The notes below the pieces were generated by a model, which had not been told where the DNA came from, did not search any database, and was given only the letters and a program-made list of their open reading frames with translations. Made by a program: the position numbers and the translations under genes. A stretch of DNA of 64,000 bases from contig NC_043000.1 of the NCBI RefSeq assembly GCF_006345805.1, positions 57,660,001-57,724,000 on the forward strand, written 5' to 3'. The stretch is from Octopus sinensis (lineage: Eukaryota). Shown one piece after another: positions 1-15,217 of this stretch (position 1 is its first letter; the number at the start of each line of letters is the position of its first letter).

Positions 1-1350
1 AGAAATTGTCAGACTGATTCTTAATTATTCTGCCCATAAATACCTGCAGAGTAACCATTTTGTTTACTTTCCACAGTGAGGAATATACTTATTAAAATGA
101 TCACCATATATTATATTATCCAAAAACTATATATAGTGCACTATGAATGAATGAATTAATCCACGTTGCCAGCATATGCACTGTTATGCATATTAGACAA
201 ACCAGTCTAGCTGGGTCTATATTTTAAACACAGAAAGGTGAAATATGCAGTGTTAACAACCCACTGATCTTTTCATACTGAAACAGAAGTTATTACATTA
301 AAAAAATATAGCAAGCATCCTGGCCAGGTCTCTGGTTTGAGGATACCTTCTTTCCATTCTCCCACCAGTCTCAGAGGCCCTGTGAAAGGTCATGGGTACT
401 GCTCTTTCTCTTGAATTAAAGGTAATGGTCATCTCATACAATGGAGTAATTTTATTATATGTAAGTTCCTATTAACACAAAGATCTAAATTTGTAAGCGT
501 TTGCTTTTCATCACTTGTGCATTATATTGTAAATATGTTTCAATATTTGGTTTATTCACAATTGTATTCACTGCAAACAACAGGTCATTAAATTACATTA
601 ACAAATTTCCTCACTATATTCTAAATTAGACAAACTATATCTGTAAAAGTCTCTGATTAACCAAATTCCTGCCTGAAATATTGGCAAAAGGAAGTACATT
701 AGAAAATTAGCATTTAAAAGAGAAAGATGTCCTTGGGTGATTATAGCAGATTGTATTCTAATGATGTCTTTCTAATTAAGTTCAAAGAAATTAGTAAGAA
801 AGTAGAATATTTGTTGTATTGATTTTATCAACATTTTACAACTAGTACAAAATTGATGTGTAAGAAAGTTTCATTGTGTTGACTAACTGGAAAAATATTG
901 TCATCCTCATTGCACTTCCTTCTGCCACTTATACTGCAACTACAATGGATTCTGCTTCTCTGAACTAAGAAGTGGTATAATAACCATGGGCACAGGTATG
1001 ACTGTGTAGTTAAGAACTTTGCTTTCCAAGTACATATCACCTTGTGCAAATGGTATCTACCTTAGCCTCAGGTCAACCCCAATCATTTTGTATGAAACTG
1101 GGTAGATAGAAGCAATGGAAGTCTGTCATATTGTACTTGTGAAAGACCTATTCTGTAGCCCAATTCAATGTCACTGTCTGACACTTAGGTGCCTTTAGCA
1201 GAGCTTGTTCAGAATTCTTTGTGCTTTGAGGTCATACCATGATTTGTCATTTCTTCTTTTCCCTGCCACACCAGTATCAGAGATCCTGCTAAAATGTCAA
1301 GAGAGCTACTCTTCCTGCTCTACCCTGCCCACATCTCTTATCATTTGTAG

Positions 1351-1496
1351 CAGGCATGGGCAACCTTTTTCAAGGAGTGGGATGCATGAGACATGTATCA
1401 TCATCAGATGGGCCACTCTACTAAAAAAGTTCAATGTAATTTTTTGTTAGGTGTACCATGCATAAAGTCCAACAGGCAACAAGTTGCCCACAACTG
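1351..1496. mobile_element. Small hAT-type MITE
   Basis: TIRs CAGGCATGGGCAAC and GTTGCCCACAACTG. Flanks ATTTGTAG/ATTTATAA. Confidence 0.55.
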
Positions 1497-1695
1497 ATTT
1501 ATAATGTTTCTCCTCTACTTGCTTGAAGACTCCTTCTAAACATTCTTACCAATGATACCTCATCATAACTGCAGTATTCTGGAATTCTTTTCTTGCTCAT
1601 ACTTTTCTTACAGGCTTCAATCTGACTATGATTCACAACTGTCTAGAAGAGCCTATAAAAGACTTAAGGCAAGACACTTTTTTGTCTACCTAACA

Positions 1696-2021
1696 CAGTG
1701 GTTCTCAGCTGGGGTCCATATAAGATTTTTTGGGGTCCACAGAGCAAAATAGTAAATTAGGTGTCGACAATAGTATTTTAATGGTCCCCGAAGAAATTTT
1801 GCTTTAGATGTATGAATTGGTATGTATTGCAAGAAACAGCTAGATTTTCTTCTTTAACATTTTACATAGTTCAACCTACACAAGTTAATGTGTGAAAAAA
1901 CAAAATAGTAATTTCAAAGCTTCTATAAAACTAATTTTAAACATTGAATGGCTATGGGAGTCCACCAGAATAAAATAACAATTAAAGGAGTCCATAGATA
2001 AAAGATGATTGAAAACCCCTG
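1696..2021. mobile_element. hAT-type MITE
   Basis: TIRs CAGTGGTTCTCA and TGAAAACCCCTG. Flanks ACCTAACA/GCCGAACA (6/8 match). Confidence 0.7.
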
Positions 2022-2092
2022 GCCGAACAGAAGAGAAAAAAGTGGCTGTAAACAATTCCAGATGGATAGAACTGGTTATCTTCCTATTTTTT

Positions 2093-2190
<98 letters not shown>

Positions 2191-2927
2191 CTTCTTAGAT
2201 TCAATAATGTTTTATCTGCACCTAACATTTTGATCTTTCAACAGTTGAAATGGATTTTAACATTTCAAAAGTGAAAGCAGAGTACAGAGTGGAGTCACAA
2301 AAGGGATTCATTTTGGATGTTAAATGAATCATTTTTATAAAAGTTTGATTTGGAAGGAAAACTTAGTCACAATTCAAAAATATTAAGCCTTGCAACACTT
2401 ACATGACAGGAAAGACTAAGTTTCATCATGTGTTTGAGTAACTATTTCATTACCTGCCCGGACATGGTTTTTTTTTTAGAGGTCTGGTGTATTACTTAAA
2501 AATAAATGACTCCTGAGTATATGGATTGATGATCAAACTGCACATTATGTACAGATAAACATGAAAGGCATTCAAAAGAAAGCTATAAGTTTATTCTTAT
2601 TTATTTCCTAATCTTCTTTTTAAATGCTTTCATGTATACTGTACTGTACTTTAAATGTTTAAATATGGCTATTTTCGTGCATAAAAATAGTTGTATTAAT
2701 GTTTTGGTTCCTGAAAAAGGATTCAGTTGGAGTACATCGCAGTTTTTAAAATGAAAGTGGAAGGGGAAATAGGTTTTGTGTAATGGAATTTCATGCCACT
2801 TACAAAGTTTTCAGGAACCCAAACCCGCTGTAATATGGAGGATTTTTATGTACATATGTATACACACACATATATATACATAAATATATATATATATACA
2901 CATAAATATATATACATAAATATATAT

Positions 2928-3000
<73 letters not shown>

Positions 3001-4475
3001 AAACATAATATATACACACACACACATATCTATATGTAGGTATATAGTTACACACGCACACACACATATAAATATATCAAGTCACTTGTGTGGTCACTCC
3101 TGAATGATTCTGGTAAAGTGGAATCCAGAACAACCTGTTGCATTGTATGGCTGTTGGTAACTAAATCAGTACCCCTGCTAGGCTTGTCTGGTGAGGAGGG
3201 TTGCAGGAAACCCAGCAGAACTGAAAGCAAGATCTGTCAATACCAACCCAGAAATTCCAGGTTGGTATCTGCTGTGTTGGAAGATCATTGGGAGTGAGGT
3301 ACCCCTCAGCACTTGCTAAAGCATATCTCTAGAAGAAGTTCAATCTGATGTAAATCCAGATATGTAGGGAATGGCATTGGACATTTTGAGGATCTTTTGC
3401 TTGTGTTTGAGATCATGGTGCTCCCACATTCCTGAGCCTGTGACCCTTATTGGCACTGGACATCTTGCCCTAGCTTGTATCTGGATCATATCAATAAGGT
3501 GGAGGTATGAGGTGCTGTGAAAGCTTCATTGGTCCTAAAATTTAAAGTTGTGCAATCACCAGTAGGGTAACTTTTTGGTGCCTGGCTGGGTAGGAGGGTG
3601 CCATGACAAGCATGGATACTATTGGTGTGAACCCAGGTGAAACCAACTGTGGGTACAATAACCTCATAAATGGGCATTGCTGGCATTCTGCATGGACAAT
3701 GATCAGTGACAATCTTCCTCACTCATGAATGAACAGCCACCATCATCATCATTGATGTCCATAAAATTCCATTCACCTACCTATTTCTATTGAAATCTTA
3801 CAACTTACAAGCAGAATCAATCAAATTTTACATTAAGATAAAGCTTGTGCATGATTTTAGAGATTTTGGCAATTATACTGCTTTCTATTTCTAAAATATT
3901 AGGAATATTTGTTAGAAAATACAGCCAAAACTAGTACCAAGTAATATTAGAAATATTAATGATGTCTAGAAACAGATAGCAAATAATTATGTTGAATTGT
4001 TAATAAGTTAAAATGGCTATAGATTGTAAATTTAGAGTACTGACCACAGATTCTACATGCTACTCGAAAAAAGGTCGTTGCTTGCAGTTATAATTTTTTT
4101 TTATTTGTATTTATGAATGTCCAAACAAAAAAAAATATAGACTTGACAAGCCAAGTGAGATTACAGTTGTGGCCAATGGCAGTGTTTCATAACTGACACC
4201 CATGCCGGTGGCATGTAAAAGGCACCCACTACACTCTTGGAGTGGTTGGCATTAGGAAGGGCATCCAGCCATAGAAACCATGTCAAATCAGACTGGAACC
4301 TGGTGCAGCTCCCCAGCTTACCAGTTTTCAGTGAAACCATCCAACCAGCATGGAAAACGGATGTTAAATGATGATGATGATAAGATCCTCCCCGATGTAA
4401 CAGCAGGGCTGTGTACCTGAAAGCTTTGAAGTAACATGAAATTTCACTACACAAACCCTATATGTATATATATAT

Positions 4476-4745
4476 CGGAGTAAACACATAAATGTGAAAC
4501 AAGGTGAAAAAAAAGAGTACTCAAATACCAGGGGTAGAGTAATATGCTTTATTTAAAAGTAGCAGAAATTCAACAAAACCTGTTACTTGGAGTTTCACGT
4601 TCCCGTTCCGACAAATGGGAACATGAAACTCCGAGTAACAGGTTTTGTTGAATTTCTGCTACTTTTAAATAAAGCATATTACTCTACCCCTGGTATTTGA
4701 GTACTCTTTTTTTCCACCTTGTTTCACATTTATGTGTTTACTCCG
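4476..4745. repeat. 270-bp near-perfect palindrome flanked by (TA)n
   Basis: Arms of ~132 bp with about 4 mismatches (CGGAGTAAACACATAAATGTG... / ...CACATTTATGTGTTTACTCCG). Confidence 0.95.
4608..4640 (+). ncRNA. Degenerate hammerhead-like core in palindrome
   Basis: CCGACAA (decayed core), stem II ATG-GGAA-CAT (ACG-GGAA-CGT in the mirror arm, so pairing is kept in both), GAA, ACTC-C-GAGT, then A17. Confidence 0.4.
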
Positions 4746-6613
4746 GTATATATGTATGTACGTATGTGTATCTATGCATGTATGTATGTATATAGATCTA
4801 TATAGTTTTTAAAGCATAATAATTGATTTTTAGTTTTGTTTCTTTTTATCAAGGTTTTTTTCTCTGTATTTTACAAGTTCTTTGGACACAGGAATATATT
4901 GAGAAATGAAAGAAACATCTAGAAATGGAAAATGACTAAAAATTCAACATTCACAACAGAACAAATGAAATGCAATTTCCAAACGTAAAATAATCAGATA
5001 AAAAATATCAGACATATCATATCTTTGTTACACTAAAAACAAATATATTCATATACTTTGATGGAGACATGATTATGCTCTCATGTTCACACAAGTACAA
5101 AATATCAGTACTATATTCCTTAGAATAGCATTTAGATTGTCTTTCATACATGAAGCACTAGGTGAAGAAATCCACAGAATAAGCAAAAACGTGCCGGTGG
5201 CATGTAAAAAGCACCAACCGATCATGGTCATTGCCAGCCCCCTATGGCCCCTGTGCCAGTGGTACGTAAAAAGCATCCACTATACTCTTGGAGTGGTTGG
5301 TGTTAGGAAGGGTATCCAGCTGTAGAAACACTGCCAGGTCAGACTGGAGCCTGGTGCAGCCTCATGGCTTCCCAGACCCCAGTCGAACTGTCCAACCTAT
5401 GCCACCTTGGAAAACGGATGTTAAACGACGATGATGATAATGATGATGAGTGTTTTATTTTTTACAAACTCATAGACCAATAAATAAAATGCAACAAATA
5501 CATTATACAAACCCTTAAATGGCAGATATCATTGATTGATGTTTTATTAGAGAACAGTGGACATCCTGAATTAATGTTTTAAAATTTGTACATGGATATG
5601 GCCATCAGCAAAGGGAAGTGAATATTTTATGGCACTTTTCAGTAATGAAATTGTAAATTTCATTGTGTGAGAGACTAAGAATTATTATAACTTTTGTACT
5701 TATTTAAAGTGAAAATAAGTATCAAAATTACCCCAAAGAAAAAGATATTTTTTTGTTTTTTGCCTGTTTGGGATACACATTCATGCAACACTTTTCTGCA
5801 CTTAAAGGTTTAAACGCACAAGCCATGCATAAAATGTATTAACTGAATCAAATGCATTCTATAGTATAGTATAAAAAATTTCATAAAAATAAAACCACAA
5901 AACCATAAACTAACAGTAATAACACATTACAAACCATTAAAATTACAAATGTTTTATGAATAACAAAACATCTTATTGTAAGCCTATGAGCAAACTCCTA
6001 ATGATAATGATCCAGCTACAATTGGTAAGTAAACTCAATTGCAAATACATAATTTGTAAACTTCATGATTTCAAATGTTATACAGTCCAGACACTCCACT
6101 GCTGGCTCCTCATGCACTTACAACAAAGAACAATTAATTGCAATACAGTACAAAACTGGAGAGGAAAATGTTTGTGGATAATACATCTTTACTCAACAGA
6201 ATTCCCATAAAAATAGACAAGTAATGATGGAGGCAATTCTCATACCACAGCACAAAGCGAAAATAAAAGAAATAAACAAACAAGTTAACAAATGCAAGTC
6301 ACAAACAAAAAGAGATGTGTTGCTGTTGATGCATAAATCTAACAGTCATAATTGAAATTTTGATAGTGATATATACATCAATGAAAACAGTCCTGCCTAT
6401 GACAGAGAAGCATATCATAACAACATTACTTCCTTCTGAAGATGAAATTCTGAGGATCTACGAATATTAATGATGGACTTATGAACTCTACTGTTACAAA
6501 TGAACAGCAGGGAACTCAAATGAAAATGTGTAAAAACCCTAATAAAAAACATATTTAGAACACAGTTGTACATCAGCATATGTCAAAATGAAAAGATGTA
6601 CTCTCCACACACA

Positions 6614-6644
<31 letters not shown>

Positions 6645-8303
6645 CATATTCATACACACATACATAGATGCATATCATTGATATGAAGATACTAGTAACT
6701 CATAAACATTCTAAAGTAACTGAGGCTAACTATACATGCAATACTGGAGCAAAAAATTTATGAATTAGAAGTGTCCCAACCAAACCAAACATTGAAGTAG
6801 TATGTAAATACTATATAGGAATTGTGGAAGATATATAGTTAAGAGGTGTGACAAAACTATTCAATCATATCTGCTATTTCGAAAAAACAAGCTACTGATT
6901 TCAACATCAGATGAGAAATCCTTGGGAGAGTCAAAACATACATCAATGACAATGAATAGTGTGAGTTACATACATCTGAAAAGTGTCACATACTACATAG
7001 CTGTTCAATTCTGTTATCTAAATGCTAAGCCTGAAATGTTTATAAAATGCAACCACCTTGACAAACTTCAACTGAAACAATGAAATTTATTATCACCACC
7101 AGAGAACTTATTGTCAAGCATGAGAAGAAGAAAGCAGATTCACTTCATCCATTGTAAAGGTTCCCTCAACAACATCAATATCATTCTTGCAAATATAAAA
7201 GATAGCCTGACAAAAAGTTTAATAAAGTTCATTTGGTTTATAAGAAATATTTAAAACTATACATTTGGAAGATATTACAGAAGACCAAACCTTATAAATA
7301 GAGTAATGAAGGTTGTAATCTTTCTAAGATGAACTTTTTTATTCCACAACAATTCTATGTTAAATTCCTGTAAAGAACTAAGATATTTTACTGCCACAAA
7401 GAAAAATATTTGCTGTGATATTTTAGCACACTTAGAAGCTGAATCTTGTTAGAATATAATTTCTATTGTTAGCATACACATATCATAAAATTTTTTCCTG
7501 TCATCAATAAAAATTTCTTGTTAAGTGATTTGAAAATACCTACTAGGTTAAATTTCAACAGATTAATATTATGTTAATGTAAAGATTCAATATTGTCTGT
7601 TACAAATTTTCAATTCATTATTTAGTACACATGTATACAATTTTTTGATTCACTTCATCTATTGCTTAAGAATTAGTAACATACCAAATTCAGATTCACA
7701 ATTTGTGAACATACACCTTTTAATACAATTTTCTAAAGTATGCAACTCTCTTATATGCAGGTCTTTTATCTCCAGACTGTTTTGCAGATGTGTAGAACTC
7801 TCATGTATATATATACATACAATCATATATATATATGTATGTATGTATGCATACACACACACACACACATATATATATATATGAAGTAGATAATAAATGA
7901 AAAGGAGGATGAGGAAAGCTTCTAACACTGCAGAGATGCAAGTTGAAAAACCTTTATATTTCAGGTGCGAAAGCTCGTCTTCAGAAGTGTACAATCAAAG
8001 AAGTGTGTGTCTATGTAGATCTTGCCATTCTGATAGCCAGATGGATAGTGATCCTATTTTAGTCTGGTGTTACTAGCACAAGCACTGGACTAAAACAAAG
8101 TCACTGCTATCCGGCTGTTCAAACGGCAGGATCTACATAGGCACACATTTCTATTACTGTACACTTCTGAAGATGGACCTTTGTGTCTGAAATATAAAGG
8201 ATTTTTAACTTCCTTCTCTGCATTGTTAGAAGCTTTCCTCATTCCCCTTTTCATCTATTATTCTACATCTGTACTACAATGCTTCAAGTGAACTACAACA
8301 CTC

Positions 8304-8343
<40 letters not shown>

Positions 8344-9591
8344 CTGTTTAGTTCCACTCAGCAGACCTAGAGCTAAACGATGGATGTACAAGTTTCCAAT
8401 CAAAGATGAACCCTCTCCGTCAGTGATTCTCATACCATACTGTGTTTTTTACACTTAGCTTCATGCATTTTGTCATCTACTCCCTCACTCATAACTCATA
8501 TAGGAAAATATATGTTACATTATCAACATAAATACTACCAAAATGCTATCTTTACTTTAATGTGTTATTAACAATCTCTATTCTCCTCTGTCTTTCACTA
8601 TGTACACACACGCGCACATACAAAAATACAGATGTATATATATATAAATATAATGTTGGTATGAAAAGCAATGTTTTTGGGAGTTGCTCAGTTGCGTCCT
8701 TATTTTCGTTTGTAACAAGTCCATAATCACTTGAAGAACTTTGTGGCTCCAATCTGTAGATGAAATCACAATAGTGACCTGTCTTTGCAATGTTATGTTC
8801 TGGCTAGTATAAAACATAGGAATGATTCTGTGAATGATAAAAGTCACTATTAATGGAGTGAAAATTTTAAAGTTTTTAACTCTGGTTTTATTTCATAATT
8901 TTGTTATATCTCCTGTATCAGTGTGGTGATTTATAAATTGTATCTTACTTTTAATAGAGCTTCTGTAATTTTTCAGATTATTTTGTCAGATTATCTATGA
9001 GTTAAAACAATGAATACTTTATTTATAGTAAAATGTAAATAAAAAATTCACAACACAAATGTTATTGACAGTCCCTTGTGTCTGATAGAGATACTTCCAC
9101 AACTTCTTGCTAAACAACCTGCACAGATGATTTGTTTATAGAGATCAAATGTTTGTGGTGAACATTAGTTCACTTCCTCCATCAAATCAACATTACCTGT
9201 ATAGGTGCATGGTGTGGCACATATCAGATATCGAAGTGCTCATAAAAATGTGAAATGAAATGTTTGGTCAAGAACTCAATGTACTCTCACTGAAGATGAA
9301 GCACATGTGAAGTAAACTATGAAAGTAACCAAGAGTTGACTACTGGCAATGATGACTTTATCATATTTATGATCCCTTTCTGTGTATTACAAAACACAAC
9401 AGCAATGCACTACTTTTGTTATTTCATTCAGAAGATGAGGTCTTGAAACGTTAATGGACTTAGGAAGAATTGTTGATAAAAAAAGGATCAAACTTGAACA
9501 CAAAGCCATATCTTTCATATAAATGCGTAGGGAAGAAAAGCTGTTCAATATATATATATAATGTGTGTGTGTGTGTGTCTGTGCATGCATG

Positions 9592-9676
<85 letters not shown>

Positions 9677-11236
9677 CTGACAATGTCATGCAATAAGAAA
9701 TACACATAAAATGAGATAGTTTCAAAATGGAAACTACGATGGCACAGAAAGCTAACACTAAGTGAGGGCTTATGTTCAAGTAACAAAGCTTTAATGTAGT
9801 GCATATGGGATGAAAGCAGTAAGTGCTATTTTCAATAAAGAAATATTCTTTGCATGTATGACATATCAGATGACAGTAATGAGAAATTATCTTATACCAA
9901 CAGCTATACTTTTGAAATGACGTATAAAATATCAGTAATACAGGAAGTGGAAAAATATGGATGTCAGACTCGGATATCTTGTCCACAGATATGACAACAT
10001 ATGTGGAATGATTGAAATGTTGTTTAAACAAAACTGTTATTATCATTGGTGTTTCAAACTAAATCTCAAAATGAATATATTTAATTAAAGTTTATCATAA
10101 CTGAAAGCCATAAGTCATGAAATCAAAAGTGGTACAACTTTTTGAGGGGTGCAAAATGGATGTCTTCATGAACCATAAAGACTTATAAAATCAAGGTTTA
10201 TTTTGAGTTTCATGTTGTTAAATTATGAGAGAGATAAGAGAGATAAGTCTTGCCACTGGACAGAATGCTAATTTTTTGTTTACCAGTTTACCATAAGTTC
10301 TGGTATATATTTCTGATATCTGGATGAACTAAGGTAACAAAGAATTAAACGTACTGCCCAGAGACACAATAAAATGGCTGGCAGCAGATTTGAATTGAAG
10401 CTGTTTCAGTTTGATAGTGCAATATCTTACCCATTTGGTCATTTCATCTTCTCCAGAACATACTGATGTGCACTGTAAATAATTGCCACTATGACTTTAG
10501 AAAGACATCATAATTTAAATGTTTTTTTACTTCGAAGGAAATAGAATGATATGTTTAATTTTTCCCCCCAATTATCAGGATCATAAATGGATATCAGTAG
10601 ATATCAAGCAATGATTATATTGATATCAACAGCTGCTCTGTCTGTTTATAATTGTCATTTTTCACTTCTTTGGCTCATAGCAACTAATCTTGGAACACCA
10701 GGTAACACATGAAAAAATATTGAAAAGTATGAATTCTGTGATTACAAGAATGTCATCTGAAGATACAAACTGATCTGTTTGGAGTTAGTTACTGGAACAT
10801 TCAGCAAAGAAAATAATCTGTTTTGTAATGAAAGTTCTAAGGTAGATTTCAAATGATTACCATCTTCAAGAAACTTGTATATTAAATGCATTTATTTTGG
10901 TTTATAACCAATGTTTTTGAAAAAAAAACACGTTTTTTTTAATGATGTGCCCCCACCAAAATAAGAAAAGGCAAGCCAACATAAATCAATAGAATCTAGA
11001 AATTTCAAGATAAGAACACTACAAAAATAATTCTTTGCTTTACTTTTTTCCTCCCCTTTCTTCTTGAGATTTATGCCAAAAATTTTTTATTTTTATAATT
11101 TTACACTGCCCAACACAATAATTTGATAAGCATGACCACTTTTTCATTTAAACAAATCCAGGTTCAAAATAATACTCTCACTAATATATAAATGTAAATA
11201 TATTTGTTTGCACACACACACACACGTGCGTGCGCA

Positions 11237-11267
<31 letters not shown>

Positions 11268-11856
11268 GCATATATGGATTAGCAAATATGCATGTCTATA
11301 TTTGAGTATATTTCAGAAATTTTTATAAATAATTTCAGCTGTAATAGTTTGTGTACAGTTTCACTTATTTAGACCCTGTTTATAGAGAGGTAAGACAAAG
11401 TACTTGCCTGTTGTAAAGGCAATAACAATAACCTAGCCAACTGCAATGCTATTTTGTGTTGGCTCATTTACAACGACAGCAATATGTAAACTGATAGGAC
11501 CAATCTGAGGATAGTAACAAATATAGATTGTTGATAAATGATAAATACAGTTTAGATGATTGGTGTTTTAGGACAATGTAGGACTTTGTTCTTATTTTTC
11601 AATTTTTGATCTGGATTTTTACCTTTTCATTGGCTTTCTTTCTGCTTTCCTTTTTAACTACTATTGCTCATTGGTAATCAATAAAAATTGATGAGCAAGA
11701 AATTATTTTAGACAGAAACAAAGTTACATTGTAACCTAAAAATGGGGTAACCACAGAGTTAAAAAAAAAAATTAAAAGAAAAGCAGCAAAATTTTAAAAT
11801 TTCTTTACATCTATAACACCGGAGAAAGTCAGAAGAATATAAGAGAAACAAGATAC

Positions 11857-11898
<42 letters not shown>

Positions 11899-12363
11899 TA
11901 ATAACAATGATAGAAGATATGGTATTTTAACTATAGCCATCATCTTCACAATAGAGGATAGTTGCAACAGTATCAGCAGTAATAGTTGTTTTGTTTTTTT
12001 TGTTAATTAATGAAGACACAAAGCCTAAGATCTCTATGAAGAAAAATGAGATAGTAACTCTAGTGATGTCAAAAGAGCTACAACTGGTAACTGAAATCAG
12101 GTTATGAACTTGGTTTTCCAGAAATTTAGCTCATTCCTGTTATATTTACAAAAGATAGTTGTAATGATAGTAATAGTAGTAGGTCCAATTTTGTATGAGA
12201 GTGATACAGTTCATTGAATCAAAGCCAGTGTATAAAACTGTAACTTGATAACAAGTGAGAGCATTTGTGGTGATCATGTTATGATACTGGTTTGTTTGAG
12301 AGGAGAAAATAACAGCAAAGAACTTAGAGAAAAATACAAGTATGAAAGATCTTAGTCTATAAT

Positions 12364-12573
12364 TTAACCCTTTCATTACCAACTTGGCTGAAACTGGCTC
12401 TGGCTCAGTGGTACAAATGCCTTGTTTTCATAAGTTTTGAATTAAAATCTTCCACCAAACCATTGTCACAATTTATGATAACTGAGTTATTTTACTAAAT
12501 TCTTTGTTATATTTAAAATTAATTGAACAAAACAGAGAGCATCTCAAAATAAATACAGTAACGAAAGGGTTAA
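12364..12573 (+). mobile_element. piggyBac-like MITE family D (other copies 27587-27815, 30445-30672; variant ~28304-28631)
   Basis: TTAA-CCCTTTCGTTAC...GTAACGAAAGGG-TTAA termini with a shared internal sequence across copies. Confidence 0.8.
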
Positions 12574-13139
12574 TGATTGAAGCAAAAATTCCACATAAAG
12601 TAAAACAATGAAAGAAAAGAATTCTACCATAATCTTCTATTTTAGCTAAGATTCATGAAAGAGAGTGGCTTAATTTTTCACTATTCACTTTTCTTCAGTT
12701 TGTAACTTTAAGAAACAAGCAACCTTCATTTTTTTTTTTTAAATGATGACTTATCGATTTTAGTCAGTGAATTCACTGGGAGAGACAAAATATGCAAATA
12801 TAAAAAAAAAGATTGAGAGAACAGAAACTGGGGGAAGAAAAACAGAAAGAAAGAAAAGAAAGATAAACTTCTCAAATTTGATTTGTTTCAAATATATTCC
12901 CAATAAATTGAGAAAACAGATACCAAATTCTATCTACATTTCAGAAGCAGAAGGTTCAATTTCACCACTGATATGGCAAAAATTTATTACTCAGATACAA
13001 TTTATATTGAGAGAAGTGAGAGAGTGAAATGCTTGTGACATTTCTGAAAAATGTTAACACTAAGATAAATTGGCTTCAACTGAGCTGCAGAATTGAAAGT
13101 AAACTGTAGGATTTGCAAGATCTTGAGCTCTGTTCTACA

Positions 13140-13365
13140 ACAATTTGCAATATTGATAATAACAATCCGCTCTGTTATAAATACAAGGCCTGAAATTTAG
13201 GGAGAGTAGTGGGGGTGGGTGCTAATCGATTACATAAATCCCAGAACTTGACTGGCACTTAATTTATCAATGCCAACAATTTGAAAGAAAAGTTAATCTT
13301 GATGGTATTTGAACTCAGAACATAGAGCTGGAAGAAATGTCTGCCATGCAAATCATTCTGCCTTT

Positions 13366-13415
<50 letters not shown>

Positions 13416-14254
13416 TCTTTGTACTATAGGCACAAGGCCTGCAATTTTGGGGGAGGAGGCTAGTCGATTACATCGAACCCAATTCTCATTGACCCCAAAA
13501 GGATGAAAGTTGACCTCAGTTGAATTTGAACTCAGATTGTAAAGATGGACGAAATGTCACTAAGCAGTTTGCTTGGTGTGCTAACAATTCTGCCAGTCCA
13601 CTGCCTTAATGATAATCATAATAATAATTTCTAATATATGCACAAAGCTAAATATTTTGGTAGGGAAGAGTATAGTTGATAAAACTGATACCAGTATATA
13701 ACTTTTAGTTATTCTATGAATATGAAAACTAAAGTCAATCAGTTCTGACAGCTATCCCATTAATGATGATAAGGATTTCTTACATAAGCACAAGGTCAAA
13801 AATATGGTTGATTAAACTGCCCTCAAAATTTAACTGGTACTATTTTTGCCAAACCCTTAAAAATGAAAGGCAAAGTTGGCCTCAGTAGGATTTGAAATTA
13901 GAATGTAGAGAGTTGAAAGAAATACTGCAAGGTATTTTATCCAATACTCCAATGCTTCTTCAATCCTCCTCCTTCTCCTGATAGTAATAATAATAATGAT
14001 GATGATAATAATAATGATGATAATAATAATAACAATAATAATAATAATGTTAATAATAATAATAATAATCTTTTCTACTATAGACACAAGGCCTGAAATT
14101 TTTGGGAAGGGGACTAGTTGATTACATTGAGCCCAGTGTTTCACTGATACTTAATTTATCGACCCTGAAAGGAAGAAAGGCAAAGTTGATCTTGGCGAAA
14201 TCTGAACTCAGAACATAGTGACAGGTGTGGAAACAATTCTGCCAGCTCACCACC

Positions 14255-14292
<38 letters not shown>

Positions 14293-15182
14293 GATAATAA
14301 TTTCTGATATAGGCACCAGGCCAGTAATTGGTTAGTTGATCATACTGATCTCAGTACTTGACTGTTACTTTCTTTTATCAACATTGGCTGTATAAAAAGA
14401 CAAAGCTGATTTCAGAAGGATTTGAATTTAGAATAACACTATAACTAATACTTTAAAGCATTTTCTCTGACACAAATGAATCAGCCAATAATAATAACAA
14501 TTGTTTCTAATTTAGGCACAAAACCAGCAATTTTGAGAGAAGTGGATAAATTGATACCATCAACCTCTGTACTTGATTGATACTCTATTTTATTGATCCC
14601 AAAATGATAAAAGGCAAAACTGACTTTGGTGGGATTTGAACTCAGAAAGTAAAAAGCTGGAAAAAATACTACAAGGCATTTTTATGATGCTCAAATGATT
14701 CTGGTAATCTACAGCCCTAAAAAATAATTATCCTTTCTAGTAAAGGCACAAAGCTTGAAATTTGATGGGAGGGGACTAGTTGATTACATCGACCCCAGTG
14801 TTTCACTGGTACTCAATTTATTGACCCTGAAAGGATGAAATGCTGCTAAGCAATTTGCCTAGCATGCTAACGATTCTGCCAGTATGCCACCTTAATAAAA
14901 ATAATAATAGTAATAATAACAATCCTTTCTACTATAGGCACAAGGCCAGAAATTTGGGGAAGGGGGATAGTTGCTAACATCGACCCCAGTACTTTACTGG
15001 TACTTAATTTATCAACTCCCAAAAGGATGAAAGGCAAAGTCAACCTAAATGGAATTTGAACTCAAAACGTAAAGATGGATGAAATGCCACTAAGCATTTT
15101 GTCTGGCATGCTAATGATTCTGCCAGCTTACCACCTTAATAATAATAATAATAATAATAATATAATAATAATAATAATGATA

Positions 15183-15217
<35 letters not shown>

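Noticed and set aside
3070-3730. GC-richer coding-like segment
   Set aside because: Probably a decayed retroelement, but I could not identify diagnostic motifs, so it is not annotated.
7965-8075. Possible plus-strand exon after TTTCAG; also a minus-strand donor at ~16937
   Set aside because: No recognisable protein similarity and no consistent exon chain.
8380-8425. Minus-strand CTGACGG...GAAACTTGTA next to a (TA)n tract
   Set aside because: A9 is missing and stems I and II do not pair convincingly, so it is indistinguishable from chance by eye.
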